In this document: piece after piece, positions 1 to 9,748 of the stretch | Numbering within the stretch: position 1 is the stretch's first letter | Layout: every line of letters begins with the position of its first letter | From: Guillardia theta CCMP2712 | Taxonomy: Eukaryota; Protista; Cryptophyta | Assembly (NCBI RefSeq): GCF_000315625.1 | Contig: NW_005434636.1 | Coordinates: forward strand, 393,298 to 457,297 | DNA length: 64,000 nucleotides | Reading direction: 5' to 3' | Translations under genes and position numbers: made by a program | Notes under the pieces: generated by a model | What the model was told of the DNA's origin: nothing | The model's database searches: none | The model's input: the letters and a program-made list of their open reading frames with translations, nothing else

Positions 1-1764
1 TGTTTGCAAGACGATTGCTCAACATTGACATGTCGCTTTGGAAGGTTTTTCTAAATATGATTTATTCCCTGGTAGAAGTTGGATTAGTCGATGATGCAGG
101 TTGAAAATTCTTGAAATACTGAAATTTGAGCTCTGTCCATTAATGACAAATGACTTGGCATTTCAGTGCGAGTATGGCAACAAGCAGAATTTTTTCGCAT
201 GAAACTGCAGATCTCTAGGTAAATTTGAATATCTGCATCGATTCACAACTGAATTTGGATTGGTTAACAAGGTCCACAGCAAATATTGACAGAATTTGCT
301 TGAATGAATTTTTCAGCAAGATCGAAGGGGTTAAAGACTAGCTTTCACATTTCTCATGTTTATTATCCCGCCTATAACTTGTAAATACGCTCATGTCTCA
401 AGTAAAAAATGTTCAAGTCATCCAGTCCGCCTTGAAAGTCGCATCACCACAGGTATACTGCAAAGTTGAAAGTCTTCCCGAAATACTTATCCTGTCAGCA
501 CAAGTCCCCAGATGTCACACAACGCAATCAAACGGAGGACGTTCACCCGAAGGTCTCCCGGGGTAAGGGGCTCCAAAGGATTGCCGTCGGATCCGAGAGG
601 GCGGACGTGAAGATTCCCTTCCATCTGCCATCAGGTCATCAGCGAGGGTCGCGCTGCCGTTGGAGGCTCCTCACGAGCTCGGAGAGAATAACGGAATGGA
701 TCGCCGGCAGCTGGCTCCATCGGCTACCTATGGGCAAAAACTTCTTCTCCTCCATCCTCATTGACCCGATTGTCGTGCGCGTGCTCACATCGATGGTCCA
801 GTTGCCCGGGACCTTGAGGCCCCAGGTTAAACAGGAAGGCGCGGGAACAGGATGGCAACCTGAGGCAGAAGATTTTCTGACTGCTGGTCGGATAGCTCCA
901 CGCACTCGACCTGTTGGAGGGTCTTACAAGAGCGACCCTTGTCTTCATCCCCCTTGTTTCACCTCCCCTTCTCGAACGGCTTTCACAGTTGTCTGCAGTC
1001 TCTGATAGAAGCAATCCTCACAGACCTGCCCAGAGGTCACAAGAAGAGAACATCACAGGGCACAACCTTTCGCCAGTCAACGCTGATGTCAGGCAGATTC
1101 AAGGTTTCCATCCCGTCACCTTCAGGCAGCAGCATAGACACTGTCTGCCATCGATGACAATTCTCCTGTCGCTCGAGATCATCAACAGTTTCAACTCAAA
1201 GTTGCGACCAACCACAGAGATCCAGCTTCCAAGCCGAGAAGCCCTAGAGATTTTCTCAATGCAGAATCTAGAGGGACTCAAAGATTCAGCCGCAGAATCA
1301 CCAGAAGCCCCAGGTTTGTACCTCTCGCGCATAGGAATGCAGGCGAACATGGGGTTCACGATGGCTTCTTCTCGCCCACTCTCATCCTTGAGATTCATCT
1401 TGCCTTTGAGCATGAAATCCAGAACCTCGTTATAGGGCCCCATCCCTCCATCCTGATTGAATATTCTATCTGGGTTGATCACCTCGAACTTGAGGATTCT
1501 TGTGCCCTTCTCTGCCTCCCTCATGATGGTTTTCACTATCTCTTTCGAAGTTCTTTCATACTCGTTCCAGTATCGCAGCTTCGTCGCAACTCTGCTCACA
1601 TTTGCTATCTCAAATCCAAACGATGCAGGGACTGCAGCTCGAGCGAGCGCATCGGCATCAGGAAGCGATCCTCCGTCACCATCCTTCCTCCTCTTCTTCG
1701 CCGTCCCTGGCACCAGCACCAGCACCAGCACCAGCGCCATCACAGCGTGCCGAGCAGTATGCAT
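1..1764 (-). CDS. Putative secreted protein of unknown function, spliced, probably continuing past the left edge
   Basis: ORF 1099..1878 has an internal Met (1764) followed by hydrophobic MALVLVLVLVPG (signal-peptide-like). Further minus-strand coding-like blocks are separated by short intron-like gaps. No recognisable domain; 3' boundary uncertain. Confidence 0.4.
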
Positions 1765-1889
1765 GGGGCCGCTCCCTTCCACCTCACCCCTACCCCGTGG
1801 ACCCCAGAAAAAGGCTATATGGGGTGGGTGGTGGTGTCCTCTGCAAGTGTCGGGGAGCAGCCCATTGACGAGTCGCAATGTCTCGCTGA

Positions 1890-2032
1890 ACCTCCTCCTC
1901 CTCCTCCTCCTCGTCCCCCTCCGCCTCCCCCTCCTCCTCCTCCTCCTCCTCCTCCTCCACCACCACCACCACCACCACCACCACCACCACCACCACCAAC
2001 ACCAACACCAACACCAACAACAACTCCACCAT
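1890..2032. repeat. (CCT)n/(CCA)n/(CAA)n compound microsatellite in a divergent intergenic region
   Basis: Trinucleotide runs directly visible; they create the spurious poly-L/poly-H extension of ORF 1457..6499. Confidence 0.9.
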
Positions 2033-2152
2033 CGCTTCTTCTTCTCTTCTCATGCACCTCCTCCTGACGTTCACTACCACAACCTCCTCCACCTCCTGCT
2101 GCTTCTCTTTTTCTTGTTTGTTGGCATCTTTCTTTCTGCCTTCACAAGCCAC

Positions 2153-5100
2153 ATGACATTTCGTCCTTTTGCTCTGAAAAGAACTTTTCTTGGAACATCG
2201 AATGCAGCGTCGCGACTCCTCATCAGTGTTTGGCTCATTCTTTCATCATTCAGCGTTCCTGCATGTTCGAGGTTCGATGACGTTCGTATCCTTTATCCGC
2301 CGAACGCATTCTACCTCGCCCCGAACGAAACTGAGCTCCTAGTTGTCCTGCAAGTCTCACGGATACTTTTGTCGCGTCGTCTCGATATATATGTGGATGG
2401 AAACCATGTTCATCATCTGGTGCCTTCCCGTGGGATTCAATTCTTCCACTGTACGATAGGTCGAAACCTAGAGCTTCACAAGCTCGTTGCTGCTTTATCA
2501 TACCACAAGAAAAACATGGCATATGATGTTTCTATCCTGCGTCGAACTCTTTCCAGCTTCCAAGAAACCCTTGTTCCAGAGTTTTATCCCTCCAAACATG
2601 GTTCTGGTGTTCATGACGTCGTCTTGATAGTCCTTCAAGATCTCACAGAGTTTTCACAGTTTCTGTGCGAAATGAACGTCAGCTCCCTTTGCTTGGAGTG
2701 CGATTTCTTGTTTTCTCTTCCCAAAGAAGCAGGCTTCTGCTCTGCATGCAAGTGGGACAGTGTCCACTGTGTGACTGACCTTGTAAAGAATACTTGGATG
2801 GCTATTTTGAATGTCTCAAGCCTGTTCATCACTGACTTATCCTTCGACAAGTTGCAAGACATATCTTTTGCTGGAAAAGTCGTTCACATTGGTCATTGGG
2901 AAATTGAAACAAGAGAAGGATACATTCACTTCAATCATGTCAAAGAACTTGAGGTATTTGTTAAGAACGGGTCTTTTCGTGAGATCAACCGTGGCAATTC
3001 ATCCAAAAAATTGATCAACAAAGCAAAGTCGGAAATGAAATCCATGCCGTCGGGGTGCTGCAATTTGATGGAAGATCCAACCATAGGTGCATGCTCTCTT
3101 GCTGATCAGGTCTCCATTGTCATTACTCCTTCGCAAGGGCACCGTCTGGAGGATCAGCTCCGTTCTGCCGTGGGCCAGAGTTTGTTGCCCAAAAATGTTC
3201 ATGTCTTGCAGTTTGAAGAGCATTCGAGATTTGATCGTTTAGTTTCTGAGTATCAGGTCAGCAATCCTCATATTACCTTTCATCTCGAAAAAATAGCTCC
3301 CACAGTTCCTTGGAGTTTCAGATTCAATATGGCATACATGCTTGAGACTGAATATGTATCGATTTGGGAGAACGACACAGTTCCAGACAATGAATGGTTG
3401 GAAGAAAGTATCAGGGTGTCAAAGGAGAATCACCATGCCCTGGTTGGGAAGAATGGCTATAGATTTATAAAGTTAATGAGTGGAAAGGAAAAGATGATTC
3501 TTCTGCAATCAGCTCTCGCAGGACAAGTCGATTTTGTTCAGGACCTCTTGACGCTCAGAAAAGAGTATTTGAGATTTTACTTTCTTCATCATAGACCAGG
3601 TATGAGCGCTCATGCCGCTGAGCTCTCATATAGTCTACAGCAGCAGGGTGTTGCGATCCGTGTGATGATGAAACATGTTCACGATGACATAGCAAAGGAT
3701 GAAGAAGAATTCTTGGAAATCGTGAATGACGACGAAATTCTTGACCATTGCCAAATGCTGTCAAGAGGCTTGAAAACTGCCGCCTGTCTCAATTGCGATG
3801 AAGAGCATGTCAAGGCCTGTTGCCTTCATTATTCTGTCAAGAAGGAGTTGAATTCTCATATTTCACGGTTTCAGACACGGAACTTCAGATATGTGAGTCC
3901 GACCGATCGCAAACATCAGAAAAAGGTGATCTTTCTCTTTGACTCCTATTCAGACTTGTTGAGGATTTCAACTCTAGTGAAAATATTTGAAAGAAATCCA
4001 GATTTCTGCATCACAGTGATTTCAGTCGGAAAAAAGGATGGAATTACCTGGTATAGCGGCCTGTTCGGCAACAATTCGGAACATCATTTTGTCCAGATCA
4101 GCGACCAACCATCGATTGCATACGCTCTCAGACTCTCTCGAGTAGTGAATTCCTTGCAAGATGCTGTCAATTGTCAGAGCGGCGACTTCATATTTGTCCC
4201 AGGGGACACACTCTCAGCCTTCGCTTTGGCTCTTGTCGGATATTACTGCGATGCATTGATTTTGCATATAGCAGGTGATCGATCCAGCTCCAACCTGATG
4301 GACCAGACTCTTCTACACCTTGCCCATTATCACTTTGCCTTCAACGAAAAAGAAGCTGAATATATCTTAATGCAGGGTGTGGAACATGGAAGAGTTCTCA
4401 TAGTAGGCAATATTTGTGAAGACTCCATCAATATCTTTGGATTTCCAATGATTCGTCCGCAGAAATTGTCTCAGTCCGTTGTTGAAAGCGAGAAATTTAT
4501 ATTTGTGTCTTTGTCCAGAATATCGAATTACAAAATGATGTTTTCGATCATCAGGGCGATTTCAGAATCAAATGCAAACAATCTTCATTTTTTTCTCTAT
4601 GCCCCCAATGGACGGATGCCACCGGAGGCAAATCATCTTTGCATGCGAGAGTATGGGTTCACTTGCGTTGGGGAGATGTTACCAGCTGAGAGATTGTGGA
4701 TTATCTCAAACAGCGCTTTTGTAGTGACAGACGTATTGATGGTAACGGAGGAGACAAGATGTTTCCTAAAGCCAGCATTGGTGTTGAGCCAAGCACCTGA
4801 AAGAGACTGCTCCTTTCTTGGCGTTTCATTACCTTGCGATCATGAAAATATCTTTGAAATTCAATCGGCAATAATTGATATCGTGACATCGGAATCTGAC
4901 ATCAATCATGTATTTTATTCAATCAAAACAAACCATGCGACTCAAACTATATATGAATTCCTGATCAGAAAATTCAACGTGAGTGGAGCAAGTGTGATTC
5001 ATGATCTGAAGCGTAGTATCAATTCTAGCTCTGCAGCTTTGTCATACACCTTGCCTGCTCCCCTCTCAGCTGAGCATGAATACCATACTTTGCTACACAA

Positions 5101-6499
5101 AATTTCTGATCATTTGCTTTCCTTGTGGATTCAGGAGGACTTCCAAGTAATTTTGGACCATGGATGCAGACTGTCTCCAGTTCGAGGCGGATTAACTTGC
5201 AATTCTTGTGCTTGCATGTGGTTCAAGAGCACGGATGAAAGGAGCGAGAGGCTAGAATCGGTATCCTCTGCTGGGAAATCCTCTTTCAAATTCAAGTATG
5301 CCCAGAGCCATACAAGAACCCTGATCGACAGTCTTGTGCTTGTGAGTTCCAGCACCAAGGATGTTTTTGTATCAATTGAGGATCGAGAAAAGTGGATGGA
5401 CGAAATTTCGATGGTACAGAAGATGATAATCATCTGCATCACCAATACCACAGGAGCCATCCAAGATGGACTTTATGAGACATCTTGGATCTACCGATCC
5501 ATCGATCCTCACGTGTGGCAGGTGGATGGCGTGATAGACGGAAGTGCTCTGAGCTCAACTTTCATCATCTACAAGTACGCCAGAAAGTCACGATCGGCCA
5601 ACAAGAATTTGTGTTGGATGTTCGGACAGTACGGGCGGTTGAACAATGGGATAATCGGATTCCTCCACTTGGGTTATCTTGCTTCACGCTTCCAACGGCA
5701 GATGGTCGTTCCCAACGTAGCTTTTGTGTGCTCTGTGAACCTGCCGTTAACAAGCCTGCTGGTCCTCGAGGGTCTGATTTACATTCAGGGTTATGACGTG
5801 AAGCTCGTGTCGGAAGATGATTTCTTCAGTACGTGTGGGTCCTCACCAGTGGTGGACGTGAAAGGACTTGAGAAACAGAGCCATCGAGAAACTTGTCAGA
5901 TTGACGGGAGGCATCTTTTTGAGACTAGAGATGTCACAGAGCATCATATGAAATCATCATTCTTTCACCTGCGATTTCATTCCCGCCTGGTCACAAAGGC
6001 GAAGCGCTTCATCTTAGAGAAATTCAAAGGAATTCCATACGCGGCAGTTCATTTTCGAAACTTCGAGGAAGACTGCATTGAGAGAGTGAAAGATGTGATT
6101 GGACACGCTTATCCTGGAATCTCAAATATCTCAAGTCATCTTGACTCAATCTCTCCGATGTGTAATCCCAATGTGTCATGGGTACTCCATGAATCGGAGG
6201 AATATTCCAGAATTCATCGAATCAGCTTGTTCATAAGTTCCGAAAGCTGGGGGGGGATGCAAGACAACGTTGCGGATGCCGATAGGCTGGTGAAACCGCA
6301 GCGAGAGTGTGAAGAAGTGGAATGTGCTTTGATCGATATGATTGTCTGCATGGAGTCCATCATATTCTTTGGAAACCCTGCAAGCACGTTCTCTTTGAAC
6401 GTCGGTAGGCTGAGAGAGCAGCAATTTCCATTCGCGGGACCAAACATCTTCAGCACTGACAGGAATTTGTTGTTCCCACTGTGGTTTGGATATAAATGA
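2153..6499 (+). CDS. Intronless multi-domain glycosyltransferase-like protein: signal/anchor + GT-A (GT2-like) + degenerate UDP-GlcNAc 2-epimerase-like domain + C-terminal O-fucosyltransferase-like domain
   Basis: In-frame ATG at 2153 followed by LLISVWLILSSFSVPAC. VSIVITP...YVSIWENDTVPDNEWLE is GT2-like. FVPGDTLSAFALALVGYY..LHIAG and FVVTD..VTEET..LKPALVL are WecB-like. GRLNN, YAAVHFRNFEED and IDMIVC..S.IFFGNPASTFS match POFUT-type GT-B motifs. Confidence 0.7.
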   Translation: MTFRPFALKRTFLGTSNAASRLLISVWLILSSFSVPACSRFDDVRILYPPNAFYLAPNETELLVVLQVSRILLSRRLDIYVDGNHVHHLVPSRGIQFFHCTIGRNLELHKLVAALSYHKKNMAYDVSILRRTLSSFQETLVPEFYPSKHGSGVHDVVLIVLQDLTEFSQFLCEMNVSSLCLECDFLFSLPKEAGFCSACKWDSVHCVTDLVKNTWMAILNVSSLFITDLSFDKLQDISFAGKVVHIGHWEIETREGYIHFNHVKELEVFVKNGSFREINRGNSSKKLINKAKSEMKSMPSGCCNLMEDPTIGACSLADQVSIVITPSQGHRLEDQLRSAVGQSLLPKNVHVLQFEEHSRFDRLVSEYQVSNPHITFHLEKIAPTVPWSFRFNMAYMLETEYVSIWENDTVPDNEWLEESIRVSKENHHALVGKNGYRFIKLMSGKEKMILLQSALAGQVDFVQDLLTLRKEYLRFYFLHHRPGMSAHAAELSYSLQQQGVAIRVMMKHVHDDIAKDEEEFLEIVNDDEILDHCQMLSRGLKTAACLNCDEEHVKACCLHYSVKKELNSHISRFQTRNFRYVSPTDRKHQKKVIFLFDSYSDLLRISTLVKIFERNPDFCITVISVGKKDGITWYSGLFGNNSEHHFVQISDQPSIAYALRLSRVVNSLQDAVNCQSGDFIFVPGDTLSAFALALVGYYCDALILHIAGDRSSSNLMDQTLLHLAHYHFAFNEKEAEYILMQGVEHGRVLIVGNICEDSINIFGFPMIRPQKLSQSVVESEKFIFVSLSRISNYKMMFSIIRAISESNANNLHFFLYAPNGRMPPEANHLCMREYGFTCVGEMLPAERLWIISNSAFVVTDVLMVTEETRCFLKPALVLSQAPERDCSFLGVSLPCDHENIFEIQSAIIDIVTSESDINHVFYSIKTNHATQTIYEFLIRKFNVSGASVIHDLKRSINSSSAALSYTLPAPLSAEHEYHTLLHKISDHLLSLWIQEDFQVILDHGCRLSPVRGGLTCNSCACMWFKSTDERSERLESVSSAGKSSFKFKYAQSHTRTLIDSLVLVSSSTKDVFVSIEDREKWMDEISMVQKMIIICITNTTGAIQDGLYETSWIYRSIDPHVWQVDGVIDGSALSSTFIIYKYARKSRSANKNLCWMFGQYGRLNNGIIGFLHLGYLASRFQRQMVVPNVAFVCSVNLPLTSLLVLEGLIYIQGYDVKLVSEDDFFSTCGSSPVVDVKGLEKQSHRETCQIDGRHLFETRDVTEHHMKSSFFHLRFHSRLVTKAKRFILEKFKGIPYAAVHFRNFEEDCIERVKDVIGHAYPGISNISSHLDSISPMCNPNVSWVLHESEEYSRIHRISLFISSESWGGMQDNVADADRLVKPQRECEEVECALIDMIVCMESIIFFGNPASTFSLNVGRLREQQFPFAGPNIFSTDRNLLFPLWFGYK

Positions 6500-6867
6500 G
6501 AGACGTGAGGATTAGTAGAACTCATGCCACAATCATCTTTCCTGCGAGATCCTTCTCGCTGTATGATAAACTTTTTGAGAAAATTGAATGAAAGATCAAT
6601 CAAAGATCGACCGTATACATTCGCACCATCATACTGGCGTCAATCAAGAGTCAAACACTTCAGACACCACAGTGTCTTGAAATGAATGATTCTTCGAGAG
6701 ATCATCTTGAATCCCATCAGCATCCAATCTGACAAACTAGAGTCGTCGACTTTCTTTTCTCTCAAAAGCAAGAGGCCAACTTGTTAAAATATATATTGGA
6801 GTATCGAAGGTGGGGGTGGGTGGTAAGTGTTTGACAAGCGGTCTCAACGGACATACATACGGGTATC

Positions 6868-8265
6868 ATGCCGACAAAGAAGAACACCAGCAAGAAGAAG
6901 GAAGACAAAGACTGGGTAGAAGTGAACCCGTGCTTCTACGTGACTTCTGTCTTCTTTTCTTCCCTTCCATGCAATATCCCCCCTCCTCTGATGTCGTGAA
7001 GTTTGTGACTGACTTGATATGACAGGAACATCTTTTCAAAGTGGAGATGCTCAAGGACAGGATTCAGGAGTTGGAGATTTCCAATGATGAATACAAACAG
7101 GAGAACGAAAAACTGATGGAGGAGAACAGGGTTTCTATTGATGCTATCTAGAATTCTCCTAACTTTCAATCTCCTGCAGATGCTGCTGAAACTCCTGGAG
7201 GAGGAAAGAAATCTGTGCGAGAAGATGAGATGGGAAAGAGAAAAATCGCTTCAATCCTGCGATGAAGCTAGGATCTTGTTAATCAGACAGGAGAGCAAGG
7301 AAGAAGATCTTCGCTCACGGTCCTAGTCATACATCTCTTAACCTTGACCTGACCCACTTACAAATGCTGAAGGTTCGAAACTTTGGAAGCAGCCACAAGA
7401 CGAATGGAAGCTGAATTCGCACAATCTGAAGAATCATTGACCAGAGAGAATCTACATCTGAAGGTGTGCATGGAACATAGAAAATGTCGAAGCACTCAAA
7501 TTCAATCAGAATGAAATCGAAAGATTGAAAGAACTTACAGAAGCAAAAGCATCATTGCAAGTAACATTCTTGCAGTTTTGTTTATGCCTTTCCATCACTA
7601 AAGACATCTGGAGCAGGATAATTTGATGGAAAGAATTGATGAGCTAAAAGATACTGCGGTACACAAGAAAAATCTGCATTTTTCTCTGACATCCGTGGAA
7701 TCCCAGAAAAAAGAATATGATGAACGTTGTGAAATTGAAAAACAAGCAAACAATTTGGAATCTGAGTTGTTGGATTGGCAACAGGTAAAGCAAATACAAT
7801 ATCAATGTGAAACGAGAGATTTTTGACATTTTATAGACAGCTATGAGACTGAGAAAAGCATTAGAGAGAAAGCAATTGGAGGTGTGAACGAGCCCAATAT
7901 GGCCATCTGTGATGTGGGTATCATAACACTAGTTCAGATCGAATGTTTGGAGACCAGTTCTTCACAGCGACAACAGGAGATAGACGAATCTGTCAGGTAA
8001 TTCGTTTTCTGCTTGCTACGATCGGTACTCTAGATCATACCAGTGTTAATGCAGGTATTGGCAACAGAAATATGAAGATACCCTAAAAAGAATGGAATCC
8101 TTGCAAAGGGAGATCAGCACAATCAAGCTGCGAGAAACCAAGATCACAACACTCAGGTAGTTTCAGCTGCAGCTTTATTGAGACAATAAGACCGATTCTT
8201 GCAGTAGCAGGCTTATGCCAATCCTCGGAACTCTTACTGAGTAGGAGACATGAGGTGAGGTGATA
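6868..8265 (+). CDS. Coiled-coil protein with many short introns (3' end approximate)
   Basis: ATG CCG ACA AAG AAG (MPTKKNTSKKKEDKDW) followed by E/K/L-rich heptad exons (EMLKDRIQELEISNDEYKQENEKLMEEN; NLMERIDELKDT) separated by ~45-50 nt GT..AG gaps. Confidence 0.6.
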
Positions 8266-8367
8266 GTAGCGATTAAAACTCACAATACGGCAAAATTTTT
8301 ACAATCCAAATCATGAAGATTAGGAGATAATATGCTATCACTTCTCAGGAAGTATACCCACAAGCTG

Positions 8368-9748
8368 TTACACACCCCGAAAGCTGATCATTTGCCCGGC
8401 CTCAATGAATTCGTCAAGAGTGATTTTTCCATCTCCGTTCTTATCCTATCAAGGGTTTGTCAGAATCCTTACCAATCGAGAGCGACTCCTTACCATCCGA
8501 TCGAAGAGATCAGCAAGTTCATCTTGTCCTATTCTGTGTTTCAATCCCTCGAACAATTCGTCTGAAGTTAGCTCTCCATCTCCTATAAGAAAATTATGGC
8601 CTTACACGCAATAGGGTTTGCACTGTTCTTACCATTTCTATCAAGTCGCTCAAATTCGAACACAAGAAAATTATCCTTGGTTTCCTCAGCAGCAGATTTG
8701 AATGATTTTCCATTCTTTTTCAACCCTGTCACAAATTTTCGTGCATTTCGTGTTGAATTGGCCTTCTTGGTCAAGATGTTCTTGCTGCGTTCGTCTTGGA
8801 TCAGAGAGTCCAGATATTCTTGCACTGTGATCTCTGCCATGCTCGGTGGTTTTGGCATGGCAAGCTGAGATATGCGGCTCTTGAGCCTGCAACCTTTCAA
8901 CATCACCTCATACACAAGTCTGGAAAACGAAGTAAAGTCCAGGCTAGAATTTTTGTCGCAGTCCAGCTGGACATACAAGGTGTCGAGAAGCTTATCGTCT
9001 ATCTTCTTTCCAAGAATCTCGATGGCATCCACCACGTGGCTTCTAATGAGGGAGCCAGATTGGCTAGAATCTACCTTGTCAAAACTGTTTCTGATCTCGA
9101 TGTCAAACTCCGATTTCAGCATCTTCATGTACTGTCGTTTCTTGTTGAGCCACTTTGCCTGCTGCTGCTGCTTCGAGACCGTTTCAAATATTTGCAAGCA
9201 AGATTTCATATTCTCCCCTTTGTTGATATTCTTTACGAGATCGGCCAAAGAAGCCTTGCTTCGTTCAAGGGATTCATCAACTAATTGGCAGTCAAGCTGG
9301 GCAAGGTAGACTCTTGCAAGAACAAATTCATCCAAGGAAATAACTCCGTCGCCATCTTTTTCTAACTTTTCGAACAGATCGTCGATTTGCTCTACAGTGA
9401 GCTTCCCCGCCATTCCATCACAAAACTCCTGGTATGAAAGAACGCCATCACCTGAATGATGGGGGTATAAGAAATGGATAACACAGTCATTGAAAAAGTT
9501 TCACCGTTGTCATCGAGTTCATGAAATTTCTGTATAAGGTGCTCGTCGTATGGATCCTTTGCAAAAACTTTGGCATAGGCTTCCTCTCTTGAGATCTGAC
9601 CATCTTCGTTCTGGTCGAAGACATCAAAGAGTTTCTGAACGACGCTCTTGTCAATGTTCTTCTGCGTGATTGCCCTTTCGAGTTCTTCTCGACTAATCGT
9701 TCCGCTCCCATCGCTATCGATAAGGCTGAAGACATCCACCTCTGACAT
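8368..9748 (-). CDS. Multi-EF-hand calcium-binding protein (spliced)
   Basis: Loops DSDGSGTISREE, DQNEDGQISREE, EKDGDGVISLDE, DSSQSGSLIRSH, DCDKNSSLDFTS, DRNG.. and terminal DKNGDGKITLDEF..GV* (stop at 8368). Confidence 0.85.

Noticed and set aside
1457-2152. N-terminal 232 aa of ORF 1457..6499 with poly-L/poly-H
   Set aside because: Read-through of the antisense gene and a microsatellite; ATG 2153 gives a sensible signal/anchor.
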